Source: a virus. From it: 64,000 nt of DNA. Each line of letters begins with the position of its first letter. The first letter of the stretch is position 1. Where the stretch lies: the IMG/VR virus record IMGVR_UViG_3300008116_000027, positions 12,886 to 76,885 of that record, one strand, 5' to 3'. The position numbers were made by a program, and so were the translations under genes. Below are positions 28,051 through 37,217 of this stretch, in pieces. The notes under the pieces are model-generated. The model saw only the letters and a program-made list of their open reading frames with translations. It had not been told where the DNA came from and made no database searches.

Positions 28051-28386
28051 ATGGATATTAAAAATGTTAATCAAAAAGTAATAGAGGAAACAACTCTAGG
28101 AATATATGTGTGGGAAATGCCAGACGGAAGATGGATTGGCGATGACGATGGCAATTTTCTATCAATAACATCTAAAAAAGGCAACCGCTCAAAAATGGAC
28201 ACATTAGCAAAAGCCGTAAGATCTTATGGAATTTATGAGGGACAGCCTAAATTTTTATCAGGCAGACGTAAAATTGATGATGAAGAATTTGAATATCAAA
28301 AACAAAGATTAGATTGGGGACTAACACCAGACCCACTAGATATTGGTGTATATAAAGATTCAATTAAAAATGGAGGAAGACCATAA
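28051..28386 (+). CDS. hypothetical protein
   Basis: 111-aa ORF coupled to the portal gene. Confidence 0.7.
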   Translation: MDIKNVNQKVIEETTLGIYVWEMPDGRWIGDDDGNFLSITSKKGNRSKMDTLAKAVRSYGIYEGQPKFLSGRRKIDDEEFEYQKQRLDWGLTPDPLDIGVYKDSIKNGGRP

Positions 28387-29972
28387 TGGAGTTCATTAAC
28401 GACGACACAGATCCTACACAAAATATAGATATATCAAACTCTGCCGACTGGATGAGATTTAACAGCAAAGAAGTTGTAGTAGACAATGATCCATTTAGTA
28501 TTGGAGAAGCAGAGTTAAAAAAAGTTAATGGTCTTGGAACAAGTTTTCGTAGAAAGATGTCTAGAGAATTTTCTAAAAGATTTATCGGTCAAGATGGAAC
28601 TGGAACACAGCAGAATTTATTGCAGCAGGCAGTTACGGGATATGCAATGTTCGATCTCGTTCAACCAGTATACAACCTAGAATATCTATCAAAGATTTAT
28701 GAAATATCTCCTTATAATTACGCAGCAATTAATGCAAAAGTTGCAAATATTGTAGGGCTTGGGTATACGTTCGTAGAAACAAAAAAAGCAAATGATGCAC
28801 TAGACAATATTTCAGATGAAAAACAATTAGATAGGGCACGTAGAAAATTAAATAAGCTTCGTCAAGATTTAGATTATTGGCTAGAAGAAACAAACGAAGA
28901 AGAAACATTTACAGAAACATTAATTAAAGCCTATACAGATTTAGAAGCTACTGGTAATGGCTTTATTGAAATTGGTAGAACCACTGCTGGCAATATAGGA
29001 TACATAGGACATATCCCAGCAAAGACTATGCGTGTTCGTCGTTTGCGTGATGGATTTATTCAATTGCTATATGGTAAGGCTGTATATTTTAGAAACTTTG
29101 GAGATCAAGAAACCCCTAATCCAATAGCGGATGGAACAGATAGACCAAATGAAATTATTCATTTAAAGAAATATACTCCAATGAATAATTACTACGGGCT
29201 ACCAGATATAGTTGCAGCACAAACATCAATGGCTGGAAATGAATTTGCTGGTAAATATAATTTAGACTATTTTGAAAATAAAGCAGTTCCACGATATGTT
29301 ATTACTGTAAAGGGAGCAAAGCTTTCCCCAGAATCCGAAAGAAAATTATTAGAATTTTTCCAGGTAGGATTAAAAGGTAAAAATCATAGATCGTTATATG
29401 TACCGCTTCCACCAGACAGCCCAGACTCAAAGGTTGAATTTAAAATGGAGCCTATTGAGGCAAGCTCTCAAGAGTCTTCATTTAATGTTTACCGAAAGGC
29501 AAATAGAGACGAAATATTATTAGCTCACAGAGTTCCTATTAATAAAATAGGAGTTCCAGAAGGAATTAGTCTAGCATCTGCAAGAGACGCAGATAAAATG
29601 TTCAAAGAGCAGGTATGTCGTCCAGCACAGGATATTTTAGAGAAGAAATTAAATAGAATTATTTCTGAAAAAACAGATGCCTTAATTCTTAAATTTAATG
29701 AATTAACCCTAACTGACGAAGATACTCAATCTAAAATTGATGAACGTTATTTAAGAATGCAGGTAATTACTCCAAATGAAGTTAGAATTAGAAAGGGTAT
29801 GGTGCCTAGGGATGGCGGAGATAATGTTGTTGATTTAAAAGCTCAAGGGGCAGCCGAACAAACCGCTCAAGCAATGAATTCTAGAAATAGGACTCAGGAG
29901 AGATCTGCAAATTCACCAGATATTTCTGGGGAGGCCAGAAATCCAAAAGGTGAGGGTCGAACCACTGCTTAA
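28386..29972 (+). CDS. portal protein
   Basis: TGNGFIE, NEIIHLK, YYGLPD, YFENKAVP, ITPNEVR. Confidence 0.9.
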   Translation: MEFINDDTDPTQNIDISNSADWMRFNSKEVVVDNDPFSIGEAELKKVNGLGTSFRRKMSREFSKRFIGQDGTGTQQNLLQQAVTGYAMFDLVQPVYNLEYLSKIYEISPYNYAAINAKVANIVGLGYTFVETKKANDALDNISDEKQLDRARRKLNKLRQDLDYWLEETNEEETFTETLIKAYTDLEATGNGFIEIGRTTAGNIGYIGHIPAKTMRVRRLRDGFIQLLYGKAVYFRNFGDQETPNPIADGTDRPNEIIHLKKYTPMNNYYGLPDIVAAQTSMAGNEFAGKYNLDYFENKAVPRYVITVKGAKLSPESERKLLEFFQVGLKGKNHRSLYVPLPPDSPDSKVEFKMEPIEASSQESSFNVYRKANRDEILLAHRVPINKIGVPEGISLASARDADKMFKEQVCRPAQDILEKKLNRIISEKTDALILKFNELTLTDEDTQSKIDERYLRMQVITPNEVRIRKGMVPRDGGDNVVDLKAQGAAEQTAQAMNSRNRTQERSANSPDISGEARNPKGEGRTTA

Positions 29973-30027
29973 TTATTAGGCAACTAGTTATTTGCCTTTT
30001 TATATATACAAAGATAAAATTAAGCAT

Positions 30028-31335
30028 ATGAATATTGAAAAATCTTATTGGTCCAGCAATGGCGATGATATCAGTTTATCTATTCCTTTCACAAAAGTCA
30101 ATCGTGAAAAGAGAACTGTCTCTGGTTTTGCGACACTAGACAACATTGATCAAACAGGAGATGTTGTAACTGCAGAGGCCAGCTTAAAAGCTTTTGAAAA
30201 CTTTAGAGGAAATATCCGTGAGATGCACGGATCAAATGCAGTCGGTAAAATGGTTTCATTTAAACCAGAAACTTACTATGACCCAAAGTCAGGTGAATTT
30301 TTTAACGGAGTATATGTAGACGCATATATCTCAAAGGGCGCACAAGACACCTGGGAAAAAGTTTTAGACGGAACACTACAAGGATTTTCAATTGGCGGAA
30401 AAATTGTGGATTCAGAGAATGAAGTAAATAAGTCTACAGGAAATCCAGTAAGATTTATTAAAGAGTATTCATTGATTGAGCTATCAGTAGTAGACTCACC
30501 AGCAAATGAATTATGTAATATTTTATCTATTCAAAAAATGAATGGACAATTAATTTTTAAAGGAATAGCAGCAGATACTGTTACGGAAAATATTTTTTAT
30601 TGTGAAGATAGCGATTCCGTATTCATGTCAACAGACGCAACTTATACCTCACCAGTAACTGGTAAATTAGCAAGTTTAATTGGTTGGGTAGAAAGTAACG
30701 ATGTTAATAAAGCAAAAGAAATAGAAAAGATTCTTGCTTCATTCAAGAAGTCAAGATTAACGTTGCCTGAAACACAAATAGCAAAACAGGCAAACGCAGA
30801 AGGAGGTAATGAAGTGTCAGAAAACACAGAAACAGTAGCAGTAGAAGAAACTGCTCCAGTAGAAGTTTCAAGCGCTGCAGAGGCAGTAATTGAAAAAGCT
30901 GTTACAGAAGATGTAGTAGCCGAAGATACTTCTGCCGAAACCGTTGAAAAAGCAGCAGACGTCTCAGAAGTCGTCGTTGATGAACCTGATTTTGCAAAAA
31001 TGTTAGGTGACCTAAAAGGCTTTTTCTCAGAAACTCTAAGCAAAGCTTCAGAAGCAAATGCAGCACAAGTTACAACTATTAAAGAAACAGTTGAATCTTT
31101 TAGCAAGAGCGTAGAAACTAGAATTTCAGAGTTGGCAGAACAACACTCAGAACTCAGCAAAACTGTTGAGAACATCAAGAACACGATTGATGGTGTAGAA
31201 AAGCGTGTCGATGCAGTAGAATCAGAGACTGCAATTAAGAAGTCCTCAGACCTTGGCGGGTCTAGGGAAGTAAAAATCCAAAAATCAAAATGGAACGGTT
31301 CTTTCCTCGGTTCCGTAAACGAACTATTTAAATAA
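30028..31335 (+). CDS. prohead maturation protease (HK97-type) fused to a scaffold-like acidic/coiled-coil region
   Basis: REMH, GFSIGG, ELSVVDSPAN; C-terminal coiled coil; start set at ATG30028 after TTGCCT-17-TAAAAT. Confidence 0.85.
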   Translation: MNIEKSYWSSNGDDISLSIPFTKVNREKRTVSGFATLDNIDQTGDVVTAEASLKAFENFRGNIREMHGSNAVGKMVSFKPETYYDPKSGEFFNGVYVDAYISKGAQDTWEKVLDGTLQGFSIGGKIVDSENEVNKSTGNPVRFIKEYSLIELSVVDSPANELCNILSIQKMNGQLIFKGIAADTVTENIFYCEDSDSVFMSTDATYTSPVTGKLASLIGWVESNDVNKAKEIEKILASFKKSRLTLPETQIAKQANAEGGNEVSENTETVAVEETAPVEVSSAAEAVIEKAVTEDVVAEDTSAETVEKAADVSEVVVDEPDFAKMLGDLKGFFSETLSKASEANAAQVTTIKETVESFSKSVETRISELAEQHSELSKTVENIKNTIDGVEKRVDAVESETAIKKSSDLGGSREVKIQKSKWNGSFLGSVNELFK

Positions 31336-31355
31336 AGGGTAGGTGAAATAAATAA

Positions 31356-32408
31356 ATGAGCAATGAATTATTAGAAAAAGCAGTAGCTGCCGATACGACA
31401 GTAACTGGTACATTTGCTTCAGCAACTGGAGGAGAAGGAATCCACACAGGGTCAGAAAATGGCAACGGTGGTCTTCTTAATCCAGAACAGTCAGCTCGAT
31501 TCCTAGACTATATGTTCGACGCAACCGTAATTGGTAAAGTCGCACGTACCGTCAGAATGAAGTCTGATACAACTGAAATTGATCGCATGGGCGTAGGCGA
31601 AAAGCTTATGAAACTTGCGACAGAAGGAGATAACACAAACAGCGACAACGCTGCAGTGACATTCTCAAAGATTTCTTTGACAACAAAGAAGTTACGTCTA
31701 GATTGGGAACTTTCAACTGAGTCTCTAGAAGACAATATTGAGGGTGCAGATCTAGAAGATCACATTGCACGTCTAATGGCAACACAAGCTGGTAACGACA
31801 TTGAAGATTTGGTTCTTAACGGAAACACATCTCTATCATCTGATCAGCTTTACAAGGCATTTGACGGAGCAGTTAAGCTTTCAAAGACAAACGGTCACGT
31901 AGTTGACGCAGGTGGAGATACAATCTCCCGTGCAGTATTTAATGATGCGCTTAAGGCTCTTCCACGTAAATACAAGCAACGCCGTACAGACCTACGTTTC
32001 TTGTCAGGTTCAAACTTGATTCAAGATTACTTATATGCAACTTCACAAAATATCCAAAACGTTAACCCACAAGATATTGCTTCTGGCATTATTCGTGGTG
32101 AGGTAGCACCTGTATCTGGCCCAGCTGGATATGTAGCTCCATACGCATTTGGTATTCCAATCGTTGAAGTTCCATTACTAAATGAGACACAAACTGGCTC
32201 ATACTCAGGAGCAACAGGATCACACGGTGACGTCCACTTGACATTCCCAAATAACGTAGTTATTGGTATCAAGCGTGATGTAACTGTATACCGATTCTTC
32301 TGGCCAAAGAAGGACTCAATCGAGTACACAATGTATACTCGTGTTGGCGTTCAAATTGAGCAAGCAGATGCTTGGGTAGTAGTAAAGAACGTAAAGGTTG
32401 CTTCTTAA
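31356..32408 (+). CDS. major capsid protein (HK97 fold)
   Basis: GGLLNPEQ, ESLEDNIEG, position after the protease, strong codon bias, downstream terminator. Confidence 0.9.
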   Translation: MSNELLEKAVAADTTVTGTFASATGGEGIHTGSENGNGGLLNPEQSARFLDYMFDATVIGKVARTVRMKSDTTEIDRMGVGEKLMKLATEGDNTNSDNAAVTFSKISLTTKKLRLDWELSTESLEDNIEGADLEDHIARLMATQAGNDIEDLVLNGNTSLSSDQLYKAFDGAVKLSKTNGHVVDAGGDTISRAVFNDALKALPRKYKQRRTDLRFLSGSNLIQDYLYATSQNIQNVNPQDIASGIIRGEVAPVSGPAGYVAPYAFGIPIVEVPLLNETQTGSYSGATGSHGDVHLTFPNNVVIGIKRDVTVYRFFWPKKDSIEYTMYTRVGVQIEQADAWVVVKNVKVAS

Positions 32409-32426
32409 TTAAGAATTAACCATATT

Positions 32427-32457
32427 GAAGGCCCCCAATTAATTTTGGGGGCTTTTC
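32427..32457 (+). terminator. intrinsic terminator after the capsid gene
   Basis: GCCCCCAA/TTGGGGGC stem followed by TTTT. Confidence 0.8.
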
Positions 32458-32506
32458 ATTTAAATTTAGTAATGATATAATTAAAGAACTAGACTAAGGA
32501 GAATAT

Positions 32507-32902
32507 ATGTCATTTGAGACATTAAAACTATCTGAAATTAAAAAAGTAGCCGAAGACTTTGGCGTAGATATAGAAGCACTAAAAAGCAAGAACGATATTA
32601 TTGCAGCATTAGCTGAAGAAGGCGTAACCTGGTCAATATATCAAAAGACAATTAAAGATATAGCAGATGCCACAGAAGAGATTGAGGTTTTACCAAGGTT
32701 TGATGCTAAAAAGAATCAAGACAAAGATTCAGTTTTAGTTAGAATGGAAAGAGCAAATCATAGATATGATACTATGGGATTTACATTTACAAGTACACAC
32801 CCATTTGTAGCAATGTCTGAGGAACAAGCTCAAGAAATTTTTGATAGGGAGGAAGGTTTTAGATTAGCCACACCAAAGGAAGTTCAAGACTTCTATAACT
32901 AA
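32507..32902 (+). CDS. hypothetical head-associated protein with N-terminal HEH/Rho-N-like motif
   Basis: LKLSEIKKVAEDFGV...KNDIIAAL; AAGGAG RBS. Confidence 0.6.
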   Translation: MSFETLKLSEIKKVAEDFGVDIEALKSKNDIIAALAEEGVTWSIYQKTIKDIADATEEIEVLPRFDAKKNQDKDSVLVRMERANHRYDTMGFTFTSTHPFVAMSEEQAQEIFDREEGFRLATPKEVQDFYN

Positions 32903-32916
32903 TCTAAGCCTATAAT

Positions 32917-33900
32917 ATGGCTGAAGTATATGTAGATAGCAATTCAATAACATCAACTAAAATTATTTATGGGGGAGAAATTGTAGATGCTGATGGTGCT
33001 GTAATGGTAACTGTATTTGATATTACAGAAGACCCTGCCGTAACTCCTGCAGTTGATCCTGGCACCTCAGTATACACAACTCAAGCAACAAAAACGGAAA
33101 CTGACATTGGGTCATATAAAATTAATATACCGTATTCTTTAGCAAACAGAAGTAAAAATTTTAAAATAAGATGGAATTATTCTATCAATGGACAGGCGCA
33201 CCAACACTACACTACATTAGATGTAGTAAAGCCATATTGTAATTTAGCAGAAGCAATTGATGATTTAGGTTTAGGAACAGACCCATCTGATCCAAATTAC
33301 AAGTCATACCATGAGTTAGTAATGGCTGAAAAATATGCAAGAAAAATAATTGATGAATTTACTGGACAAAAATTTGCAACATACGACGACGTACACATAG
33401 TGTATGGATCAGGATCAGACATTCTTCCTTTACCATATAAATTAAATACATTGCATGAACTATATCAAAATGATGTGCTAATTGTAGATACAATAAATGA
33501 AATTAATAATTGGAATTTTACAACAAGAATTTCAGAAACTGGATTTGGATTAAGAGTCGATAGACAAAGTACTCTAGACAACACAGTTTATTCAGCTAAT
33601 GGAATGGTGCCTCCATCTATTAATGATTCTTATAATGGAGCTTTTATTAAAGACTATACATATCGTGTACAAGGAAGGTTTGGTTGGGACGTGGTACCAG
33701 ATCAAGTTGAACAGGCCTGTATACAATTAATGGGACAATATTTTGCTAAAGATAGATTGTGGACAGATAGATACTTGAAGAGCGTTTCAACATTTGATTG
33801 GGACTTTGAGTACGCAGACGCAGCATTTACTGGTACTGGTTCTTCATATGTAGACAAATTACTTTCCCCATATGTTTTAACAAATATGGTGATTATTTAA
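32917..33900 (+). CDS. head-tail adaptor-like protein
   Basis: ARKIIDEFTG, GWDVVPDQVEQAC, LLSPY; gene position. Confidence 0.7.
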   Translation: MAEVYVDSNSITSTKIIYGGEIVDADGAVMVTVFDITEDPAVTPAVDPGTSVYTTQATKTETDIGSYKINIPYSLANRSKNFKIRWNYSINGQAHQHYTTLDVVKPYCNLAEAIDDLGLGTDPSDPNYKSYHELVMAEKYARKIIDEFTGQKFATYDDVHIVYGSGSDILPLPYKLNTLHELYQNDVLIVDTINEINNWNFTTRISETGFGLRVDRQSTLDNTVYSANGMVPPSINDSYNGAFIKDYTYRVQGRFGWDVVPDQVEQACIQLMGQYFAKDRLWTDRYLKSVSTFDWDFEYADAAFTGTGSSYVDKLLSPYVLTNMVII

Positions 33901-34328
33901 TGTTTGATATCATGGAAGCAGTGCTATCCATGAAAATGGATATATATAAACAGTTTGATATACAAAATCCAGACACTGGCGCTATAGTAAAAGAATGGAA
34001 CTACTATAAAACATTGAACTGTCATGCAAAAGGAGTAATAACAAACTCTGCAACAACAAGATCTGGTGACAAGCAAATACTTGGAAACAAATATACTAAT
34101 GAACAGGTTATCCAAGTTCGTACTTCAGATAGACTTACGGCTAGAGAAAAAATTACTAATATTAGAGATAGCAATGAAAAAACAATTTGGACAGAATTAA
34201 ATTATCCATCTGACACCCCAACCGTTTTTGAAGTCATTGGAACAACTCCAATAACAGATCCATTTGGACAAGTTTTAGCATATAATTCAACACTAAAAAG
34301 ATCGGAGAATCAGCAAATTGGAATCTAA
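33900..34328 (+). CDS. head closure/stopper-like protein
   Basis: Size and position between adaptor and tail genes. Confidence 0.55.
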   Translation: MFDIMEAVLSMKMDIYKQFDIQNPDTGAIVKEWNYYKTLNCHAKGVITNSATTRSGDKQILGNKYTNEQVIQVRTSDRLTAREKITNIRDSNEKTIWTELNYPSDTPTVFEVIGTTPITDPFGQVLAYNSTLKRSENQQIGI

Positions 34329-35106
34329 CGTAATGCTTCTACAAGCTGCCTCTGGTCTTGAAAGACTAATGTATAATAAAAATCCCAAAGGTGCTATTAA
34401 TGATAGCAACGTGGCCCAAATATCAGCAGCCCTATATTATCAGGCCAATGTAATATCCAAATTAAGCAATAGCAAAAAGTTTAAAAATTCTTTTAAGAAA
34501 ATAATATTTACTCAGATAGAAAAAGATTTTGGTAATTATATAGATGCTCAAGCAAGGTCAAAGCCTAAATCATTTCACCATGTATATGAATGGAAAAAGT
34601 CTGGAAATAAGAATGCTAGATTATTTAAATTAACATCTATGGATTCTGAGGGAATATCATTTAAAATTGATTTTGAATTTATATTATCTAAATCATTAGT
34701 TCCATCATCAAATAGTAAGCGTAGGCATACATTTGCAATGAAAGCTTCTGTGATGGAGGCAGGAATGCCCCTTAAAATTGCTCCACGCCATTCTGAGAGG
34801 CTAGTATTTGAAGTTGATGGTAATACAGTGTTTATGCCCAAAGGGGCCGCAGTGACCGTTAAAAGGCCAGGAGGAACTAGTGTCAAAAATCAATTTACAT
34901 TACAATATTCAAGATTCTTTAGTGGAGAATTAATAAATAACTCTATTAAAAAATCTGGGTTCAAAGAATTATTTAATTCAGAGTCATTAAAGGCTCTAAG
35001 AATCCCAGCTTCAATTAGAACAATTAAATATTCATTCTCTCCAAATTTAATTAGATCAATGGCGGATGCAGCATCAGAAAAAGCATTTGGAGGGTACATG
35101 TTATGA
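34318..35106 (+). CDS. putative neck/tail completion protein
   Basis: Basic 262-aa ORF in the head-tail block, LHHVYEW-like motif; TTG start. Confidence 0.5.
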   Translation: MESNVMLLQAASGLERLMYNKNPKGAINDSNVAQISAALYYQANVISKLSNSKKFKNSFKKIIFTQIEKDFGNYIDAQARSKPKSFHHVYEWKKSGNKNARLFKLTSMDSEGISFKIDFEFILSKSLVPSSNSKRRHTFAMKASVMEAGMPLKIAPRHSERLVFEVDGNTVFMPKGAAVTVKRPGGTSVKNQFTLQYSRFFSGELINNSIKKSGFKELFNSESLKALRIPASIRTIKYSFSPNLIRSMADAASEKAFGGYML

Positions 35107-35615
35107 CAGCTGATTTTAAATTAGATGCTATGCTAGAAATTAGAAAGTTCCTCTGGTCAGAATTAGTAGAAGCAGGCATATTCGACTCAGATGAGTATTA
35201 TAGCGATAATATAGGAAAATCCGTAGTCCCTATAATCCCAGTTCAGCAGGCCCCAGAAATGAACCAATTCTTAAGTGGAAAAAAGCATATAATTTATGAC
35301 AAGATAGGTCTTTCATATGAGGACAATTGGTTGATATGCTGTGAGCAAGTTCTTTTTACTGTATATTCCATAGATGTATCAGAGATCAATGAAATAAGAA
35401 ATTTTATGACTGATCTATTTAGGAGAATGGACGACTCTGCAAAAGATATCAATAGATTTCAAAAATTAAATAATAAGTTTAAATTCCATAGTATTTTTAT
35501 AGCCGACATATCTCCCACAGAGCCCTCTGAAGAACTACAGGGCTTTCTTTCAACAGACATTATTCTAGAGGTCAAATATTCAAGAATAACAGACTCAGTA
35601 GGCCGATTCCTCTAA
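35103..35615 (+). CDS. putative tail terminator protein
   Basis: Acidic 170-aa ORF immediately before the major tail gene. Confidence 0.55.
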   Translation: MTADFKLDAMLEIRKFLWSELVEAGIFDSDEYYSDNIGKSVVPIIPVQQAPEMNQFLSGKKHIIYDKIGLSYEDNWLICCEQVLFTVYSIDVSEINEIRNFMTDLFRRMDDSAKDINRFQKLNNKFKFHSIFIADISPTEPSEELQGFLSTDIILEVKYSRITDSVGRFL

Positions 35616-35729
35616 ATTGCTTTAGGCTTTGATATGCCGTATCATAGGACATGAGGAAAGAAGCCTAGCCAGCTTTGGTTTTTAAAATATATATATATAT
35701 AGTTTAAAACACAGGAGGTAACAAATACT

Positions 35730-36440
35730 ATGGCACAATCCGTAGGTAATGCTAAAAATATTCTTGTTGGTGCGTCACCGCTGTTTTTATCAACAGTAGA
35801 CGTAAACGACTCAGATTATATCGCTAACGCAGAAGCAGGAGTAGCAATTGCATCAGGTTCAGGCAATGTAGCAATTCCAGCTTTCGCAACAGGTGTATCA
35901 TACACAACTTCACTAAATGCAGTAAATCAGGAAGAAGGTAAGTTTGGATATCGTAACGTTGGTTTTACTAACAACGGTCTTCAAATCACTTACAATCCAA
36001 CATACGATTCAGTAACTGTTGACCAATTGCTAGATACAGCTAAGCTGTTCAAATCTGCAATGGAGGTTATGATTGCAACAGAAATGTCAGAAGGTACTCT
36101 AGAAAATATCGTAGCAGTATTCGGACAATCAGCATCATCACTATCAGACAATGGTTTGACTGGACAGTCAAACAAGAAAGAGTTAGGTCTAGAAGCAGGT
36201 GCACTTGGTGCAGCTCCAACAGAGCGTCAGCTAATTGCAGTAGGACAAGCTCCAACTGCTAGTGCAACAGCAACAGAGCGTGTATATTATGCACGTCGAG
36301 TATTGTCTGTACAACAGTCACAATTCTCACTTGCTCGTACAACTCCAACCACGTTCCCAGTAACATTCCGTCTTCTACCAGATGCTAACTACTCTGGCTC
36401 AGAATACGGCAAGATTATTGACCGTGTATTGACAGCATAA
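35730..36440 (+). CDS. major tail (tube) protein
   Basis: NILVGA, VGFTNNG, VTVDQ, FPVTFRLLPD; AGGAGG RBS; downstream terminator. Confidence 0.85.
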   Translation: MAQSVGNAKNILVGASPLFLSTVDVNDSDYIANAEAGVAIASGSGNVAIPAFATGVSYTTSLNAVNQEEGKFGYRNVGFTNNGLQITYNPTYDSVTVDQLLDTAKLFKSAMEVMIATEMSEGTLENIVAVFGQSASSLSDNGLTGQSNKKELGLEAGALGAAPTERQLIAVGQAPTASATATERVYYARRVLSVQQSQFSLARTTPTTFPVTFRLLPDANYSGSEYGKIIDRVLTA

Positions 36441-36460
36441 ATTTAATTAATTTAAATTAT

Positions 36461-36490
36461 AGAAGCCCCCATTAATTTGGGGGTCTTTCT
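36461..36490 (+). terminator. intrinsic terminator
   Basis: GCCCCCA/TGGGGGT stem followed by CTTTCT. Confidence 0.7.
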
Positions 36491-36547
36491 ATTTGTGGTG
36501 ATAATACCATTATGTTATAATAATTAAGACAATCCTAGGAGGATAAA

Positions 36548-36886
36548 TTGGCTACAACAGTATACGACGTAGAAGAAATTGAACTTCAAAATGGCTCAAA
36601 GGTTAAGCTAAAACCATTGACTATCAAAGCCTTAAGAAAGTTCATGACAGAAATCAAAAAGACAGAAAATTCTTCTGGCGAAGATGAAACTCTTACAATT
36701 CTAATTACAGCATGTGGAATTGCAATTGAGTCTCAGGTGCCAGAATTAGTAGCAGATAAAGATAAATTAGAAGAGGCATTAGATATGCCAACCATTAATC
36801 GCATTCTAGAAGTATGTGGTGGAATAAAACTTGACGACCCAAACCTTCTAGCGGCAGCGGTTCTGGCTGGGCAGAACTCGATTTAG
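36548..36886 (+). CDS. tail assembly chaperone (gpG-like)
   Basis: Lies between the major tail and tape measure genes; TTG start with AGGAGG. Confidence 0.8.
   Translation: MATTVYDVEEIELQNGSKVKLKPLTIKALRKFMTEIKKTENSSGEDETLTILITACGIAIESQVPELVADKDKLEEALDMPTINRILEVCGGIKLDDPNLLAAAVLAGQNSI
36838..36844 (+). other. -1 programmed frameshift slippery heptamer C CCA AAC
   Basis: X XXY YYZ in the gpG reading frame; the -1 frame is open from 36835 to 37206. Confidence 0.8.
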
Positions 36887-37206
36887 CCGCTTTGTTAGGA
36901 GAAGTTTTTCTTTTAGGTAATTGGAAAAATTACGAAGAACTAGAAGAAAGCCTCTCAATGCCAGAACTGATACAAACATTTAAGTCAATGCAAAAAACTG
37001 AAGATGAAAAAAGAAAATTCCTAGCATCACTTCAGGGAGTAAACTTAAATAGCGAAGAAGAAAAAGAAGGTCCTACCTTTGATGATATTCGAAGAAAGGC
37101 ACTTGGAGTAAATGCAAAAGGTGACGATGTATTATCACTACAAGGCAGTTTTGCTTCAGAAGCTGGATTCGGAATAGGAGCAGGTTTAGGATACTCTAAG
37201 GAGTAA
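36844..37206 (+). CDS. tail assembly chaperone, gpT-like -1 frame extension
   Basis: -1 frame reads PSSGSGSGWAELDLAALLGEVFLLG...; no RBS before TTG36892. Confidence 0.75.
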   Translation, partial: PSSGSGSGWAELDLAALLGEVFLLGNWKNYEELEESLSMPELIQTFKSMQKTEDEKRKFLASLQGVNLNSEEEKEGPTFDDIRRKALGVNAKGDDVLSLQGSFASEAGFGIGAGLGYSKE

Positions 37207-37217
37207 AATTATAGTAA

